DNA of 64,000 bases from an uncultured Gemmataceae bacterium (GTDB taxonomy: Bacteria; Planctomycetota; Planctomycetia; Gemmatales; Gemmataceae): positions 2,176,001-2,240,000 of the forward strand of contig CAVVPN010000011.1 in NCBI GenBank assembly GCA_963750165.1, given 5' to 3'. The notes under the pieces were generated by a model. It had not been told where the DNA came from. It made no database searches and saw only the letters and a list, made by a program, of their open reading frames with translations. Each line of letters opens with the position of its first letter. Within the stretch, counting starts at the first letter, position 1. The translations under genes and the position numbers were made by a program. Positions 63,616 to 64,000 of this stretch are shown one piece after another.

Positions 63616-64000
63616 CAGGTGATCCGCTCCGCGATGATGCCCTCGGCGTGGGCTTCGGGGACTGCCGCGAGTAAGTTCGCCACGGGCCGCCGGGTCATCG
63701 GATGGGTCGCGAAGTAGCGCCAGCACGGAATCAGCAGTACCAGGCAACCGCCGGCGATGATCCAGCTCAGGATGAGGAAAAAGGTCAAAAAGCTCTGCAC
63801 GGGCGGCAGCAGGTTCTTGCCCAGCAGCACCGCGACGTAGCCGAGGTAGCCGAAGGAGTCGGCCAGGTACATCAGGTAGCCGACGGTGCCGCGGTCGCGC
63901 GTCACGGCGATGAGCCGCTCGAAGACGGTCACGTGGATGGCGATGTACGGCAGGTACAGGCCGATGCCCATCAGGACCATGAACGGGAACGGCGCCAGCG
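63615..64000 (-). CDS. DUF5690-like MFS-type membrane protein, C-terminal part (runs off window end)
   Basis: GIGLYLPY..VFERLIA..GTVGYLMYLADSFGYLG. Confidence 0.8.
   Translation of the reverse strand, partial: LAPFPFMVLMGIGLYLPYIAIHVTVFERLIAVTRDRGTVGYLMYLADSFGYLGYVAVLLGKNLLPPVQSFLTFFLILSWIIAGGCLVLLIPCWRYFATHPMTRRPVANLLAAVPEAHAEGIIAERIT

Overview
GC-rich 64 kb window from what looks like a planctomycete of the Gemmataceae type, judged from DUF1501, PSD1/DUF1553 cytochrome c, a zinc-ribbon SpoVG, Uma2 and PEP-CTERM genes. About 15 genes carry single-base frameshifts, including housekeeping ones (pckA, hemL, lpxB), most likely uncorrected long-read indels. Gene content: the end of a GspE/PilB ATPase; a CDP-deoxysugar/C-methyl sugar operon with a GT-C-like membrane protein; a radical SAM + two unknown genes + soluble FtsH-like AAA+/M41 protease module resembling part of an FtsH ternary conflict system; an ECF sigma/anti-sigma/CxxCH locus; an ArsR/His-rich metal module; purEK, lpxB, pckA, hemL, ispE-spoVG and thrC; an IleRS2 with a GVHH motif; VKOR-DsbA; and a phosphonate catabolism cluster. 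The most notable signals are not in the ORF track. (1) A tRNA-Leu(UAA) is split by a 267-nt group I intron. (2) A ~98-bp TA-targeting palindromic mini-element occurs twice, once disrupting an antitoxin gene, and has relatives with the same ends but different cargo. (3) A non-palindromic ~45-bp intergenic motif, TCTCGACRTGYRAAAAAGTTGGC followed by 9-bp units, occurs six times in both orientations. (4) Four consecutive sugar enzymes end in Ala-Ala. All family assignments come from motif recognition by eye; no searches were run.
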